A stretch of DNA of 64,000 bases from an uncultured Trueperaceae bacterium (GCA_963727505.1 CAVSGP010000004.1:448001-512000), one strand, 5' to 3'. Positions 38,045 through 48,384 are shown, counted from the first letter of the stretch. The notes: a model not told the origin generated them from the sequence alone. Translations and numbers: made by a program.

Positions 38045-38259
38045 GCAAACCCTCCTTGGGTTTGTGCTTGGGTGGAGGCGCTGTCACTCTTGGCGGAGAA
38101 GGCGCCTCCATCTGCTATTGGTTTCGGGCTGTTCGTGTCTGGCCGCAGCAAGCCGTCCTCCTTATGGTCTCACCATAGGGAGAAGAGCGGCCCGGTGTCA
38201 ATCGCAATAAGGGCGTCAGGGACGTGAAAAAGGGGTGTTTCTGCACCACCCGAAGAGGT

Positions 38260-39018
38260 TCATACCTTTTTTGATGGCCGGCCAGAGTCGCGCTTTGCCC
38301 GAGGAATGTCCAGCAACGTGGATGCGGCGTTCAAGGCTTGATTCACCGTTGCCTTGGACTTGTGCATCAGCACCTGCAACTCGCGGACGTCCACGCCACA
38401 GGTCTGGTACAGGACAAACCATTCGATATTGCGGCCGGTCGTGGAGGTCGTCAACGGCAGAGCGAGCCCTTCCTCCGCCAGGAAGGCCTCAAACCGGTCC
38501 ATGTATGCAGTCACTTGGCGTTCAAGTTCCTTCAAGGCTTGAGCCCTGAAGTTGTCGCGACCCTCGTTCCAAGCGAGCCGGTTCCATCCGACGATCGGCT
38601 CCGGCTTGAAGTCATACAGATCGTCTCTCGTGCGGTGGACGGCTATCCTTGGCAGTTCGCCCCAAGATTTGCCGGCAATGGCCGGTTCCTCGATCCAGAG
38701 GCACAGACTATCTAGGGCCTGGTCGCGGACCCAGCGGGCGTCGATGTTGTGCGCTTCGAGCGCGCGCGCGAGCGCAGCGGCAAACGCTAGAAAGCCTGCT
38801 TGGCCTTCCAATATGACTGCTACGTTCTCGTAGATAAGCCCTGGCCTTGAGAACTCCGCCCGCGTTAGGCCCGAAGCGCCTTCAAGAAAGCGCCTCAACT
38901 CTTTGAGCGGATCTCCAGCAAGGTCTCTCAGTACGTGAGGCGCGTGGCGCTCGACCCTTTCAAGAAACGTCGCCCGCGCGAATACCAGCTCGGCCTCGCT
39001 AACCGGTTCAGAGCTCAT
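38260..39018 (-). CDS. Hypothetical protein with C-terminal HTH-like segment (possible regulator)
   Basis: First gene inside attR; EWFVLYQTCGVDVRELQVLMHKSKATVNQAL and basic tail. Confidence 0.6.
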   Translation of the reverse strand: MSSEPVSEAELVFARATFLERVERHAPHVLRDLAGDPLKELRRFLEGASGLTRAEFSRPGLIYENVAVILEGQAGFLAFAAALARALEAHNIDARWVRDQALDSLCLWIEEPAIAGKSWGELPRIAVHRTRDDLYDFKPEPIVGWNRLAWNEGRDNFRAQALKELERQVTAYMDRFEAFLAEEGLALPLTTSTTGRNIEWFVLYQTCGVDVRELQVLMHKSKATVNQALNAASTLLDIPRAKRDSGRPSKKV

Positions 39019-39157
39019 GATCTTGTGTGCGAGTAGTGTGCCAACTCGGCGCCCTCTGCCATACTGACGCGAGCATAGCATACGGCCAGCCCTTTTCCCT
39101 TACGTCTCGGGCGCACTTCTCGGCCTATTCGTCCTCACCGGCCATACCTTTTAGCGT

Positions 39158-39213
39158 TTCAGGGTCATGTGACCGCAAGGTCGTGGGGGTTCAAGTCCCC
39201 CCTTCGGCACCAA
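39158..39213 (+). repeat. attR core (duplicated tRNA-Leu 3' half)
   Basis: 56/56 identical to 26409-26464; 5' half of tRNA absent. Confidence 0.95.
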
Positions 39214-39216
39214 TCG

Positions 39217-39260
39217 AATCAAGGGAAGGGCCCCGCGACGGCGGGGCCCTTCCCTTGATT
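39217..39260. terminator. Long hairpin; probable original tRNA-Leu/glyS terminator
   Basis: AATCAAGGGAAGGGCCCCGC-GACG-GCGGGGCCCTTCCCTTGATT perfect 20-bp stem. Confidence 0.85.
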
Positions 39261-39301
39261 GCCTCCAGCGTCGCGGCGAAGACCGTCGCGACCGAGCGGA
39301 C

Positions 39302-41428
39302 TCAGACTCCTTCGAGCTGGTCGAGCGCGCCGAGCTCCCGCAGGACCTCGGTCACCTCGCGCAACAGCGCCAGACGGTTGCTGCGCACCTCGAGCTCGTC
39401 GACCATCACCAGCACGTTGTCGAGGAACGCATCGAGCGGCGCCTTGAGCGCCAGCACGGCGCGTACCTCGTCGCCCAGCTCGCCCAGGGGCGTCGCGGGT
39501 GGAGACGCCAGGTCCCAGCCCGGCAGCGCCTCGCGCACCTGCGCGAGCAGCGCCTCCACCCCGCGGCGAGCGCCAGGCAGCGCCTCGAAGAGCGGCGCTT
39601 CGAACTCGTTGCGGAACAGGCCCGGCTTGACGTTGCGGCGGCGTTCCTCCTGGCGCGCCAGGTTGGCCGCGCGCTTGTACAGCGCCATCAGATCAGGGAA
39701 CCCCTCGTGCCCCATCAGCGAGCGCAGCAGATGCGCACGCCGCGAGGCATCGATCACGCTGCGGCTGCCCTGCACGGCGGCACGTACGACGGGGACGGGC
39801 ATGCCCTGCTCGTTGAGGAGCGAGCCGACGCGGTCCCAAAGGAAACGCTCCACCTCGGCCTCCCCCTCGGCCGGGATGTCCAGGCCGTTGGCCCGATGGG
39901 GGGCGGCGCCCTCGAGCACCACATCGGCGAGCGGCAGGCGCCAACCCTGCGCATTGAGGACTCGCGCGATGCCGAGACCGTCACGCCGGAGCGCGAAGGG
40001 ATCGGCCGAACCGGAGGGACGCTTGCCCAGCGCGAAGAAGCCCACCACCTTGTCGATGCGATCCGCAACCGCCAGGACCGCGCCGATACGTGTGGCGGGT
40101 AGCCGGTCACCCGGCCCGCGCGGCAACACGCCGTCCTCCAGCGCCACCGCGACCTCCTCGGGAAGACCCTCGGCCAGAGCATAGGCCCGCGCCATCACCC
40201 CTTCCAGCTCGGGCAGCTCGAACACCATGTCGGTGGACAGGTCGGCCCGGAAGATCGGCAGCGCCTGGTCCAGCGATGCCCGTTCCTCCCTGGGGAGATC
40301 CAGCACCTCAGCGAGACGCCCGGCCACGTCGCTGACGCGCGCGATCTTGTCGGCCATGCTCCCGAGTTCCTTCTGGAAGCCGATGCCCGACAGGCCCCAG
40401 GCGTGCTGCGACATGCTCTTGCGGCGGTCGGCGTCCCAGAAGAAGCGGGCGTCGTAGAGCCGGCCTTCGAGCACCTGCTCGTAACCCGCCCGCACCACGT
40501 CTTCGTTGGTCACACGATTGTTGGAGATCCCCACGAAGAAGCTCGCCAGGGCGCCGTCGGCGGCGTGGGTCGGGAAGAAGCGCTGGTGGTGGATCATCAC
40601 CGTGCTCAGCACCTCGTCGGGGAGCTCCAGGTAGCCTTCGTCGAAGCGACCGAGCACCGCCACCGGGTACTCGACCAGGTTGCACACCTCGGCGCGCAGC
40701 GCGGGATCGTCGTGCGCGACGAGCCCTTCCCGGCCCGCCGCCTCGCTGGCGGCGCGCCAGGTCGCCTCGTCTCGTTCCTCGGGGTCGGCCAGCACCCACG
40801 CCTCCCGAAGGACGTCGACGTACGTCGTAGCGTGGCGCAGACGCACCTCGTCCGGCGCCAGGAAGCGGTGGCCGCGGGTGGTCGCCCCCGAGCGCACGCC
40901 GGCGGCCTCGAGCTCCAGGACCGTGTCGTCGAGCATGGCCAGCAACCAGTGCACGGGCCGCATGAAGGGCGTGCTCACGTCGGCCCAGCGCATCTTGCGC
41001 GGTGCCGGCAGGTCCTCCACGAGCCCGGCCAGCAGCGCGGGCAGCACGCCGGAGGCGGAGTCGCCGCCCCGCTGGAAGCGCGCGAAGACGTAGCGTCCGC
41101 GCTCGGTGTCGCGGATCTCCAGGTCGCCGGGCTCGACGCCGCTGGACTGCGCGAAGCCGCGCGCGGCGCGGGTCGGCGCGCCGCTATCGTCGAAGGCCAC
41201 CTCGGCGGCGGGCCCGCGCCGGAGCTCTTCGCGGGTCTGGCTGCGCTCCGGCAGACCCTCGGCCAGCACCGCCAGGCGCCGTGGGGTGCTGAAACCGCGC
41301 ACCTGCTGCGCGGCCAGGCCGGCGTCCGCCAGCCGCTCCTCGAGGAGCTGCGCCAGCGCGGCGCGCCCCTCGTCGACGTACCAGCTCGGCAGCTCCTCGG
41401 TACCGATCTCGAACAGCAGGTCGGGCAT
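39302..41428 (-). CDS. glyS: Glycine-tRNA ligase beta subunit
   Basis: LLFEIGTEELP, TPRRLA, RPVHWL, VEYP, HHQRFFP, ELPELEGVM, SGSADPFALRR, C-terminal DALR-like NRLALL. Confidence 0.95.
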   Translation of the reverse strand: MPDLLFEIGTEELPSWYVDEGRAALAQLLEERLADAGLAAQQVRGFSTPRRLAVLAEGLPERSQTREELRRGPAAEVAFDDSGAPTRAARGFAQSSGVEPGDLEIRDTERGRYVFARFQRGGDSASGVLPALLAGLVEDLPAPRKMRWADVSTPFMRPVHWLLAMLDDTVLELEAAGVRSGATTRGHRFLAPDEVRLRHATTYVDVLREAWVLADPEERDEATWRAASEAAGREGLVAHDDPALRAEVCNLVEYPVAVLGRFDEGYLELPDEVLSTVMIHHQRFFPTHAADGALASFFVGISNNRVTNEDVVRAGYEQVLEGRLYDARFFWDADRRKSMSQHAWGLSGIGFQKELGSMADKIARVSDVAGRLAEVLDLPREERASLDQALPIFRADLSTDMVFELPELEGVMARAYALAEGLPEEVAVALEDGVLPRGPGDRLPATRIGAVLAVADRIDKVVGFFALGKRPSGSADPFALRRDGLGIARVLNAQGWRLPLADVVLEGAAPHRANGLDIPAEGEAEVERFLWDRVGSLLNEQGMPVPVVRAAVQGSRSVIDASRRAHLLRSLMGHEGFPDLMALYKRAANLARQEERRRNVKPGLFRNEFEAPLFEALPGARRGVEALLAQVREALPGWDLASPPATPLGELGDEVRAVLALKAPLDAFLDNVLVMVDELEVRSNRLALLREVTEVLRELGALDQLEGV

Positions 41429-42297
41429 CAGGACGCCTCCGGAGCCGTCTCCAGCTCGCCGCGCTGGGAGAGGTACTCGCGGGCGCTGGCCTCACTCAGC
41501 CGCCGGACGCGCTGGACGTAGTTCTGGCGCTCGGTCTGCGACAGCACGCCGCGGGCGTCCAACAGGTTGAAGGCGTGCGACGCCTTCATCACGAACTCGT
41601 AGCCGGGGTGCAACAGTCCGAGCTCGAGCAGACGCCTGGCCTCGATCTCGAACTTCTCGAAGAGCAGGCGCTGCAGCTCGGCATCGGACTCCTCGAAGTT
41701 GTAGCGGCAGTGTTGCGCCTCGAAATCTCCGCGCAGCGCTCCCATCGTCACGCCCGGCGCGTACTCCACGTCGAACGCGTGATCGACGCCCTGGAGGTAC
41801 ATGGCGATGCGCTCGAGCCCGTAGGTGAGCTCCACGGACACCGGCCGGCAGTCGAAGCCGCCGACCTGCTGGAAGTAGGTGAACTGCGTGATCTCCATGC
41901 CGTCCATCCACACTTCCCAGCCCAGCCCCCAGGCCCCCAGCGTGGGCGACTCCCAGTTGTCCTCCACGAAGCGGATGTCGTGAGCGTGGGGGTCGATGCC
42001 CAGCGCGTAGAGCGAGTCGAGGTAGACCTGCTGCACGTCGAGCGGCGACGGCTTCAGCAGGACCTGGTATTGGAAGAAGTACTGGAAGCGGTAGGGGTTG
42101 TCGCCGTAGCGGCCGTCGGTCGGCCGGCGGCTGGGCGCCACGCCGGCCACGCGCCAGGGCGCCGCTCCCAGCGACCGCAAGAAGGTGGTCGGGTAGAAGG
42201 TGCCGGCCCCCACCTCGGTGTCGTGCGGCAGCGCGATCACACACCCCTGGTCCGCCCAGAAGCGATCGAGGCCGAGCATGATATCTTGAAACAGCAC
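41428..42297 (-). CDS. glyQ: Glycine-tRNA ligase alpha subunit
   Basis: [53 protein letters not shown]. Confidence 0.97.
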   Translation of the reverse strand: MLFQDIMLGLDRFWADQGCVIALPHDTEVGAGTFYPTTFLRSLGAAPWRVAGVAPSRRPTDGRYGDNPYRFQYFFQYQVLLKPSPLDVQQVYLDSLYALGIDPHAHDIRFVEDNWESPTLGAWGLGWEVWMDGMEITQFTYFQQVGGFDCRPVSVELTYGLERIAMYLQGVDHAFDVEYAPGVTMGALRGDFEAQHCRYNFEESDAELQRLLFEKFEIEARRLLELGLLHPGYEFVMKASHAFNLLDARGVLSQTERQNYVQRVRRLSEASAREYLSQRGELETAPEAS

Positions 42298-42474
42298 AGA
42301 AGCTCCTCGAGGCGTACGCAGCGTTCCAGTTCGGGTCCAGCGCGGGGCAAACGTAACGAACGCCCTTTCTGGACTCACATCAGGCGGGTACTATACCATC
42401 ATGATTCGGCGGCAAAAGGCGAGCAGCATGGGGCCGAATCGACCGACGCCTCCTTCTCCCCTTCGGAGGGCACC

Positions 42475-44682
42475 TTGAACAGGTACGACGATCGAGCGAG
42501 GTTGGTCTTCCACTTCGCCCGCGAGGAGGGCTCCAAGCTCGGGCACGCCATGATCGGACCCGAGCACTTGCTTCTGGGCCTGATGCGTGAGGGGGGGACC
42601 GCCAGCAAGGTGCTGGCCGAGTTCGGCGCGACGCTGGAGGGCTTCCGGAGGCAGGTCGAGGAGATGGTGGGGCGCGGGGACGGCCTGCCCCGCAACGAGA
42701 CCGCAGCCATCACGCCCCGCGCGCGGCGCGTCATGGAGCTGGCGGGCTCGGAGGCGCGCAGCCTCGGGAGCAACGTCATCGCCACCGAGCACATCCTGCT
42801 CGGCATCATCCGGGAAGGGGACGGCGTCGCCTACCGTATCCTCCAGAACCTCACGCGGGACGTCGACACCGTGCGCTGGCGTATCCTGGCCGCCGCCGAC
42901 CCGAAGAACCAGACGGAGACGGTCAACACCCCCTTCCTCGACGAGTACGCCCGCGACCTCACCAAGGAGGCGCGCGAGGACAAGCTCGACCCGGTCATCG
43001 GCCGCACCGAGGAGATCCGCCGCGTCATCCAGATCCTGACGCGCCGCACCAAGAACAACCCGGTGCTCATCGGTGAACCAGGGGTCGGCAAGACCGCCAT
43101 CGTCGAAGGGCTCGCCCAGGCCATCGTCGAGGGGCGCGTACCGCCCAACCTCACCAACGTGCGGGTGCTGTCGATCGACCTCAGCAACATCGTGGCCGGC
43201 ACCAAGTACCGCGGCGAGTTCGAGGAGCGGCTGCGGCAGGTCATCGAGGAGCTGCGCAACGCCAAGGTCGTGGCCTTCATCGACGAGCTGCACACGCTCG
43301 TGGGCGCCGGCGGGGCCGAGGGAACGCTCGACGCCGCGAACATCCTGAAGCCTCCCCTGTCGCGGGGCGAGGTACAGGTGATCGGCGCCACCACGACTGG
43401 CGAGTACCACAGGTACATCGAGAAGGATGCGGCCCTGGAAAGGCGCTTCCAGCCCGTCATCGTGTTGGAGCCCTCCCCCGAGGAGTCGCTGGAGATCCTG
43501 GAGGGCCTGCGCGAGAAGTACGAGTCCCACCACGGCGTGATCATCCCGCAGGAGATGCTGCGGATGTCCGTGCGCTACGGCGAGCGCAGCTTGCCGGGCC
43601 GCAACTTCCCCGACAAGGCGATCGATCTCATCGACGAGGCCGCCGCCCGCACGCGGCTCAACAAGTCGCTCGGCTTCCCGGTGCTCGAGGAGGAGGACGG
43701 CACACCCGTCGTCACCCGCGAGGACCTCGAGGCGGTCGTGAACTCCTGGGGGGGCATCTACGTCGACGAGGCCGATTCCGAGAAGCTGGCCCACATCGAG
43801 GAGAACCTGGAGCGCAGCGTGGTCGGTCAGAGCAAGGCGATCAAGGCGCTCGCCTCGGCACTGCGGCGCGCGCGGGTCGGCCTCGGCGGCCGGACCCGGG
43901 TGGCCGCCTCGTTCATGTTCGTCGGTCCGTCGGGCGTGGGCAAGACCTTCCTGGCCAAGCAGCTCGCCCTCGAGCTCTTCGGCAGCGAGCGGGCGCTGGT
44001 GCGTCTCGACATGTCCGAGTTCCAGGAGTCCCACAGCATCTCCAAGCTCATCGGGGCACCTCCCGGCTACGTCGGCCACGAGCAGGGCGGTCGGCTGACC
44101 GAGGCGGTGCGCCGCCAGCCGTTCAGCGTGGTGCTGCTCGACGAGATCGAGAAGGCGCACGCCGACATCTACAACACCTTCCTGCAGGTGCTCGACGACG
44201 GCCGCCTCACCGACGGCCTGGGCCGCACGGTCGATTTCCGTCGCGTCATCCTGATCATGACGAGCAACACCGGCTTCAACCGGGGCTCCACCATCGGCTT
44301 CCAGGAGGAGGGCAAGCAGGACTCCAACTCGCCGCTGAAGGGCATCTTCAGCCCGGAGTTCCTGGACCGCCTCGACGAGGTCATCGTGTTCGAGACCTTC
44401 GACCGCGCGGGCATCGTCGTGATCACCGAGCAGATGCTCGAGGACATCCGGAGCGAGCTCGCCGGCCGCGACATCCACGTCACCTTCTCCAAGGAGGTCG
44501 CGGAGTTCCTCGTCGACAAGCTGCCGCGCGGAGAGAGCGCCCGCCCCATGCGCGGCATCATCCGCGAGCACATCGAGGACCCGCTCTCCCTGGAGATCCT
44601 GCAGCACGGCTCCGAGGAGCCCCTGCTCGTCACCGTCGAAGAGGGCCGCGTGGTCTTCGCGCGACCCGTACCGATGGTCTGA
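42475..44682 (+). CDS. clpC: ClpC/ClpA-type ATP-dependent Clp protease ATPase
   Basis: Two Clp-N repeats, [35 protein letters not shown] loop; TTG start after GGAGGG; clpC-radA-PIN/TRAM synteny. Confidence 0.9.
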   Translation: MNRYDDRARLVFHFAREEGSKLGHAMIGPEHLLLGLMREGGTASKVLAEFGATLEGFRRQVEEMVGRGDGLPRNETAAITPRARRVMELAGSEARSLGSNVIATEHILLGIIREGDGVAYRILQNLTRDVDTVRWRILAAADPKNQTETVNTPFLDEYARDLTKEAREDKLDPVIGRTEEIRRVIQILTRRTKNNPVLIGEPGVGKTAIVEGLAQAIVEGRVPPNLTNVRVLSIDLSNIVAGTKYRGEFEERLRQVIEELRNAKVVAFIDELHTLVGAGGAEGTLDAANILKPPLSRGEVQVIGATTTGEYHRYIEKDAALERRFQPVIVLEPSPEESLEILEGLREKYESHHGVIIPQEMLRMSVRYGERSLPGRNFPDKAIDLIDEAAARTRLNKSLGFPVLEEEDGTPVVTREDLEAVVNSWGGIYVDEADSEKLAHIEENLERSVVGQSKAIKALASALRRARVGLGGRTRVAASFMFVGPSGVGKTFLAKQLALELFGSERALVRLDMSEFQESHSISKLIGAPPGYVGHEQGGRLTEAVRRQPFSVVLLDEIEKAHADIYNTFLQVLDDGRLTDGLGRTVDFRRVILIMTSNTGFNRGSTIGFQEEGKQDSNSPLKGIFSPEFLDRLDEVIVFETFDRAGIVVITEQMLEDIRSELAGRDIHVTFSKEVAEFLVDKLPRGESARPMRGIIREHIEDPLSLEILQHGSEEPLLVTVEEGRVVFARPVPMV

Positions 44683-44823
44683 TTCTGACGTGCCACGCTC
44701 CCGGAGCGCCGTCCGAACGTCGGCCCGGGAGGGCATCGTTGCCGAGAACGCCCAACGGCTCGGGTCGGGCCGCGGTATCGTGACCGGTATGTGGCCGACT
44801 GTGCCCTGGGGGAGGGTGATGCC

Positions 44824-46161
44824 GTGGCTCGCGTGAGCGTCCGTTATGTGTGCCGCGAGTGTGGCGGCCACTCCGCCACGCCCATGGGCCGTTGCCCGCG
44901 TTGTGGGGCCTGGAACAGCCTGGACGAGGAGGTGCTCGGCGGCGACGCCGGCCCCCGAACCTCGGCGCGTACGCCCACCCACCGCATCTCGCCCGTCGCC
45001 CTCGAGTCCGTCACCGACGCTCAACTCGTGCGTCTCGGCTCGGGCGAAGCAGAGGTCGATCGCGTCCTCGGGGGCGGTTGGGTCCCCGGTTCCGCGGTCC
45101 TGCTGGCCGGCGAGCCCGGCATCGGCAAGTCGACCCTGCTGCTGCAGCTCGCGCACCACGCGGTGGAAGCGGGGCGCAGCACGCTCTACGTGGCGGGCGA
45201 GGAGTCGCTCGCTCAGGTGCGGCTTCGGGCCGAGCGGTTAGGGCTGTCACGCGGCGTCCTGTTGACGCGTGAGACCGACGCCGGGGCGCTCGCCGAGCAC
45301 CTGCGGGCCACCGCCCCCGACCTCGTCATCGTCGACTCCATCCAGACCCTGCTGGCCGATCCCGACGGCACGCCCGGAACGCTCAGCCAGGTGCGCGACG
45401 GCACGGCGCTGCTCGTCGCGGCGGCCAAGGAGAGCGGCAGCACCCTGGTGCTCATCGGCCACGTCACCAAGCAGGGGTCGATCGCCGGCCCCAAGGTCAT
45501 CGAGCACGTGGTCGACGCCACCTTCGCCTTGGAATCCGCAGCCGGGTTGCGGGTGCTGCGCGCCATGAAGAACCGCTACGGGCCGGCCGGCGAGGTCGGC
45601 GTCTTCGACATGGCGCAGTCCGGCATGCGCGCGGTGCCGAACCCGTCGGAGGCGTTCCTGGCCGAACGGCCTCACGGCGTGCCGGGGTCGATCGTGCTGG
45701 CGGCGCTGGAGGGGCAGCGGCCTCTGCTGCTCGAAGTGCAGGCGCTTGCCTCCAAGACGCCCTACGCTTCGCCCCGGCGGGTGGTGCAGGGGCTCGAGCA
45801 GCGCCGTGTCGACGTGGTGCTGGCCGTGCTGGAACGCCGGCTCGACCTGCCGCTCGCCGATCTCGACATCTTCGTGAACGTCGCTGGCGGACTCCGACTC
45901 ACCGATCCGGGCGCCGATCTCGCGGTAGCGCTGGCCGTGTACTCGGCGGTCACGAACCGCTCGGTGCCGGAGCGCACCGCCGTGGTGGGCGAGGTGGGGC
46001 TGGCGGGCGAGGTGCGCTCGGTCGGCCATCTCGGGCGCCGCCTCGAGGAAGCGCGGCGCGCCGACCATCCGCACCTGGTGGGCCCGCGCTCGCGCGAGCT
46101 CGACGGCGGCGTTGCCGACCTGCGCCAGGCGATCGCGCGCGTCTGGAGGGAGGCGTCATGA
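44824..46161 (+). CDS. radA: DNA repair protein RadA/Sms
   Basis: C4 zinc finger, GEPGIGKSTLLLQ, KNRYG, Lon-like C-terminus GEVGLAGEVR. Confidence 0.96.
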   Translation: MARVSVRYVCRECGGHSATPMGRCPRCGAWNSLDEEVLGGDAGPRTSARTPTHRISPVALESVTDAQLVRLGSGEAEVDRVLGGGWVPGSAVLLAGEPGIGKSTLLLQLAHHAVEAGRSTLYVAGEESLAQVRLRAERLGLSRGVLLTRETDAGALAEHLRATAPDLVIVDSIQTLLADPDGTPGTLSQVRDGTALLVAAAKESGSTLVLIGHVTKQGSIAGPKVIEHVVDATFALESAAGLRVLRAMKNRYGPAGEVGVFDMAQSGMRAVPNPSEAFLAERPHGVPGSIVLAALEGQRPLLLEVQALASKTPYASPRRVVQGLEQRRVDVVLAVLERRLDLPLADLDIFVNVAGGLRLTDPGADLAVALAVYSAVTNRSVPERTAVVGEVGLAGEVRSVGHLGRRLEEARRADHPHLVGPRSRELDGGVADLRQAIARVWREAS

Positions 46162-47225
46162 GCGACTCGGCGAACACCGCAACCTTCCTGGCGCGCGCGG
46201 TCTTCAGCCTCATCGGAGCGCTCGTGGGCTACGGGCTGGCCGTGCTGCTGCTCGATCGCGGCCTGCTGACGGGGCCGAACAACCTGCTCTACCTCACGCT
46301 TCTCGGGCTCCTCGCCGCCTACCTGGCAGGCGGCACGATGGCGCACCGCACGGCTCGCGCCTGGGACCGGCTGGTGACGCGGGCGTCCAAGACGCCACCC
46401 GAGGCGGTCCTGGCCGCGGGCACCGGCGCCACGGTGGCGCTCCTGGTGACGGTGCTGCTGAACAACCTGCTGGCCACGGTGCCGGGTTTCACCTGGTACT
46501 GGTCGCTGCTCATCGCAGTGGTGCTTGTCGCGTCCTCAACGTCGTTCTTCGTCGTCAACCGGCAGCTGTTCACCTTCAACCGGCCGCAGGGCCCGGTGGT
46601 GCCCCGGCCCGGCAGCCTGCGCGACAAGGTGATCGACACCTCCGCCATCATCGACGGGCGCATCGCCGACGTGGCCGAGTCCAACTTCGTCGACGGCACG
46701 TTGCTCATCCCCAACTTCGTCCTCAGCGAGCTGCAACGCATCGCCGATTCCGACGAGCCGCTCCGGCGCCAGCGCGGACGTCGGGGGCTGGAGGTGCTCG
46801 ACCGGATCGCCAAGGAGCAGAGCATCCCCACCGAGGTCATCCACGACGACCCCGCCTCCGCCACGGCGGTCGACGAGAAGCTCGTCCGGGTGTGCCAGGC
46901 ACGCGGCGCCGACCTCATCACCACCGACTACAACCTGAGCCGGGTGGCCGCACTGCAGGGAGTGCGGGTGCTCAACCTGCACCAGCTCGCCAACTCCGTG
47001 AAGGCCACCTTCCTACCGGGCGAGAGGCTTTCGCTGAGCATCGTGCGTACAGGCCGCGAGCAGGGCCAGGGACTCGCCTACCTCGAAGACGGCACCATGG
47101 TGGTCGTGGAGGACGCCAGCGAGCTGGTCGGTCGCACCGTCGAGGTGATGGTGACGAGCAGCCTGCAGACCAACATGGGTCGCATGATCTTCGCGCGTCT
47201 CGGGGAGCCGGAGGACTTGGGCTGA
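46158..47225 (+). CDS. Membrane PIN/TRAM-domain protein (YacL-like)
   Basis: N-terminal TMs, DTSAIIDGRI, RGRRGLEVL, TTDYNL, YLEDGTMVVVE. Confidence 0.92.
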   Translation: MSDSANTATFLARAVFSLIGALVGYGLAVLLLDRGLLTGPNNLLYLTLLGLLAAYLAGGTMAHRTARAWDRLVTRASKTPPEAVLAAGTGATVALLVTVLLNNLLATVPGFTWYWSLLIAVVLVASSTSFFVVNRQLFTFNRPQGPVVPRPGSLRDKVIDTSAIIDGRIADVAESNFVDGTLLIPNFVLSELQRIADSDEPLRRQRGRRGLEVLDRIAKEQSIPTEVIHDDPASATAVDEKLVRVCQARGADLITTDYNLSRVAALQGVRVLNLHQLANSVKATFLPGERLSLSIVRTGREQGQGLAYLEDGTMVVVEDASELVGRTVEVMVTSSLQTNMGRMIFARLGEPEDLG

Positions 47226-47273
47226 ACCCCCCCGGCTTGCGGGAAACGATGTCCTGCACGTTCGCAAGCGCGC

Positions 47274-47302
47274 TTGACAGGCATGCGCGGCCCGCGTATC
47301 CT
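47274..47302 (+). promoter_or_regulatory. sigma70-type promoter of tRNA-Ala
   Basis: TTGACA, 17-bp spacer, TATCCT. Confidence 0.75.
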
Positions 47303-47356
47303 CAAGGGCGCGCGGTGGCGCAGGCACCGTCATGCACGGTGTTGCGCGCCCATCGA

Positions 47357-47432
47357 GGGGCCTTAGCTCAGCTGGGAGAGCATTCGCTTTGCAAGCGAAG
47401 GGTCGCCGGTTCGAATCCGGCAGGCTCCACCA
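47357..47432 (+). tRNA. tRNA-Ala (anticodon TGC)
   Basis: GGGGCCT acceptor with G3:U70, TTCGC-TTTGCAA-GCGAA anticodon arm, GGTTCGAATCC, CCA end; 76 nt. Confidence 0.97.
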
Positions 47433-47446
47433 AATGTTCGGGACAG

Positions 47447-47481
47447 CGCTCCGGCAGTCGCTCTTGACTCGCCGGAGCGCC
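47447..47481. terminator. Hairpin downstream of tRNA-Ala
   Basis: GCGCTCCGGC...GCCGGAGCGC stem with inner AGTC/GACT pairing. Confidence 0.55.
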
Positions 47482-47607
47482 CATTTGGACCGCCGAACTT
47501 GGCCCTTCGCGAGCGCGCTCTGGTCGCCGGTCCAACGTGGCCGCATCCCACGCGACCCGATCCGTGTACCTCGATGCGCCGCTCCGTCTCCATCGCCGGA
47601 CCCGAGG

Positions 47608-48384
47608 TCAGGGGCTGGCCGGCTGGAACACGAGCGGCACCGGCGGAGCCAGTCCCACCACCTCCGATAGCCCGCTCAACCCTTTGAAGGCAGGGTCGAG
47701 CGTGATGGCGCTCGTCGTGGCCCGCCCCACCAGCAGATCCGCCAGGCAGGTGCCTGCGATGTCGTTCACCAGCAGGGTCATGTCGGCCGTTCCGTCGGAT
47801 TCCGGCACCGTCTTCGGAAGCTCGACGAGGGGGCGTGCATCGGCCACCTCGGCAGCCGTGGCCTTGCTGCAGCTCTTGAGATCGAAGCGCATGGCCACGT
47901 CGGCGCCGCCTCCGCTATCGACCCAGCTTACGGGGAAGGCCGCACGTTCGGTGAAGGCGTCGCCGCTGCTCGGCGCTGTGATCGCGAACGGGGCCGGAAC
48001 GGTGACGCGCGTGGCGGGCGCGTCCGCACCGTCGACGCGCGTCACCGCGATCACCAGCTCGTCGCCCGGGGACACGCCGGTGATCTGGGCAAGGTAGGCG
48101 GCGTTGTAGTTCACATCCTTGCCGAAGCTCATCGGGGTGGTGACGCCGTGCGCGTCCGTGACGGTGACGGAGCCGCCGGAGGCGAACTGGACGAGACCGG
48201 CCAGACCGTTGCGGAACGACGCGCTCACGTCGACCGTTCCGCTGGGATAGGCCTCGACATAGACGCTCACGGTGAGATCCGAGGTGGCGACCCCGGTCGA
48301 ACCGATCACGTTGCAGGCCGACAACGACCCGATAACGAGCAAGATCGCGATCGATCCTGCCACGACTCGTGCCAATGCGCGCAT
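47608..48384 (-). CDS. Hypothetical lipoprotein
   Basis: GGAGG RBS, lipobox LSA-C, beta-rich body. Confidence 0.7.
   Translation of the reverse strand: MRALARVVAGSIAILLVIGSLSACNVIGSTGVATSDLTVSVYVEAYPSGTVDVSASFRNGLAGLVQFASGGSVTVTDAHGVTTPMSFGKDVNYNAAYLAQITGVSPGDELVIAVTRVDGADAPATRVTVPAPFAITAPSSGDAFTERAAFPVSWVDSGGGADVAMRFDLKSCSKATAAEVADARPLVELPKTVPESDGTADMTLLVNDIAGTCLADLLVGRATTSAITLDPAFKGLSGLSEVVGLAPPVPLVFQPASP

Larger units (their letters stand above)
26409..39213. mobile_element. Integrated phage-satellite-like element (~12.8 kb) in tRNA-Leu
   Basis: 56-bp perfect direct repeat of the tRNA 3' half at both ends; integrase next to one end; replication and terminase genes; visibly lower GC than flanks. 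Confidence 0.93.

Noticed and set aside
39158..39213. Second tRNA-Leu gene
   Set aside because: Only the 3' half from the anticodon loop is present; it is the attR duplication.
42340..42356. RDRM-like site between glyQ and clpC (ends ACGTAA)
   Set aside because: Only one half-site matches.
41575..42474. N-terminal extension of ClpC
   Set aside because: Antisense to glyQ; the Clp-N domain starts at TTG 42475 after an RBS.
42391..45159. 922-aa minus-strand ORF and similar long shadow ORFs (56453-58606, 50931-52574)
   Set aside because: Antisense to clpC, gyrB and coxA with no motifs; typical high-GC artefacts.
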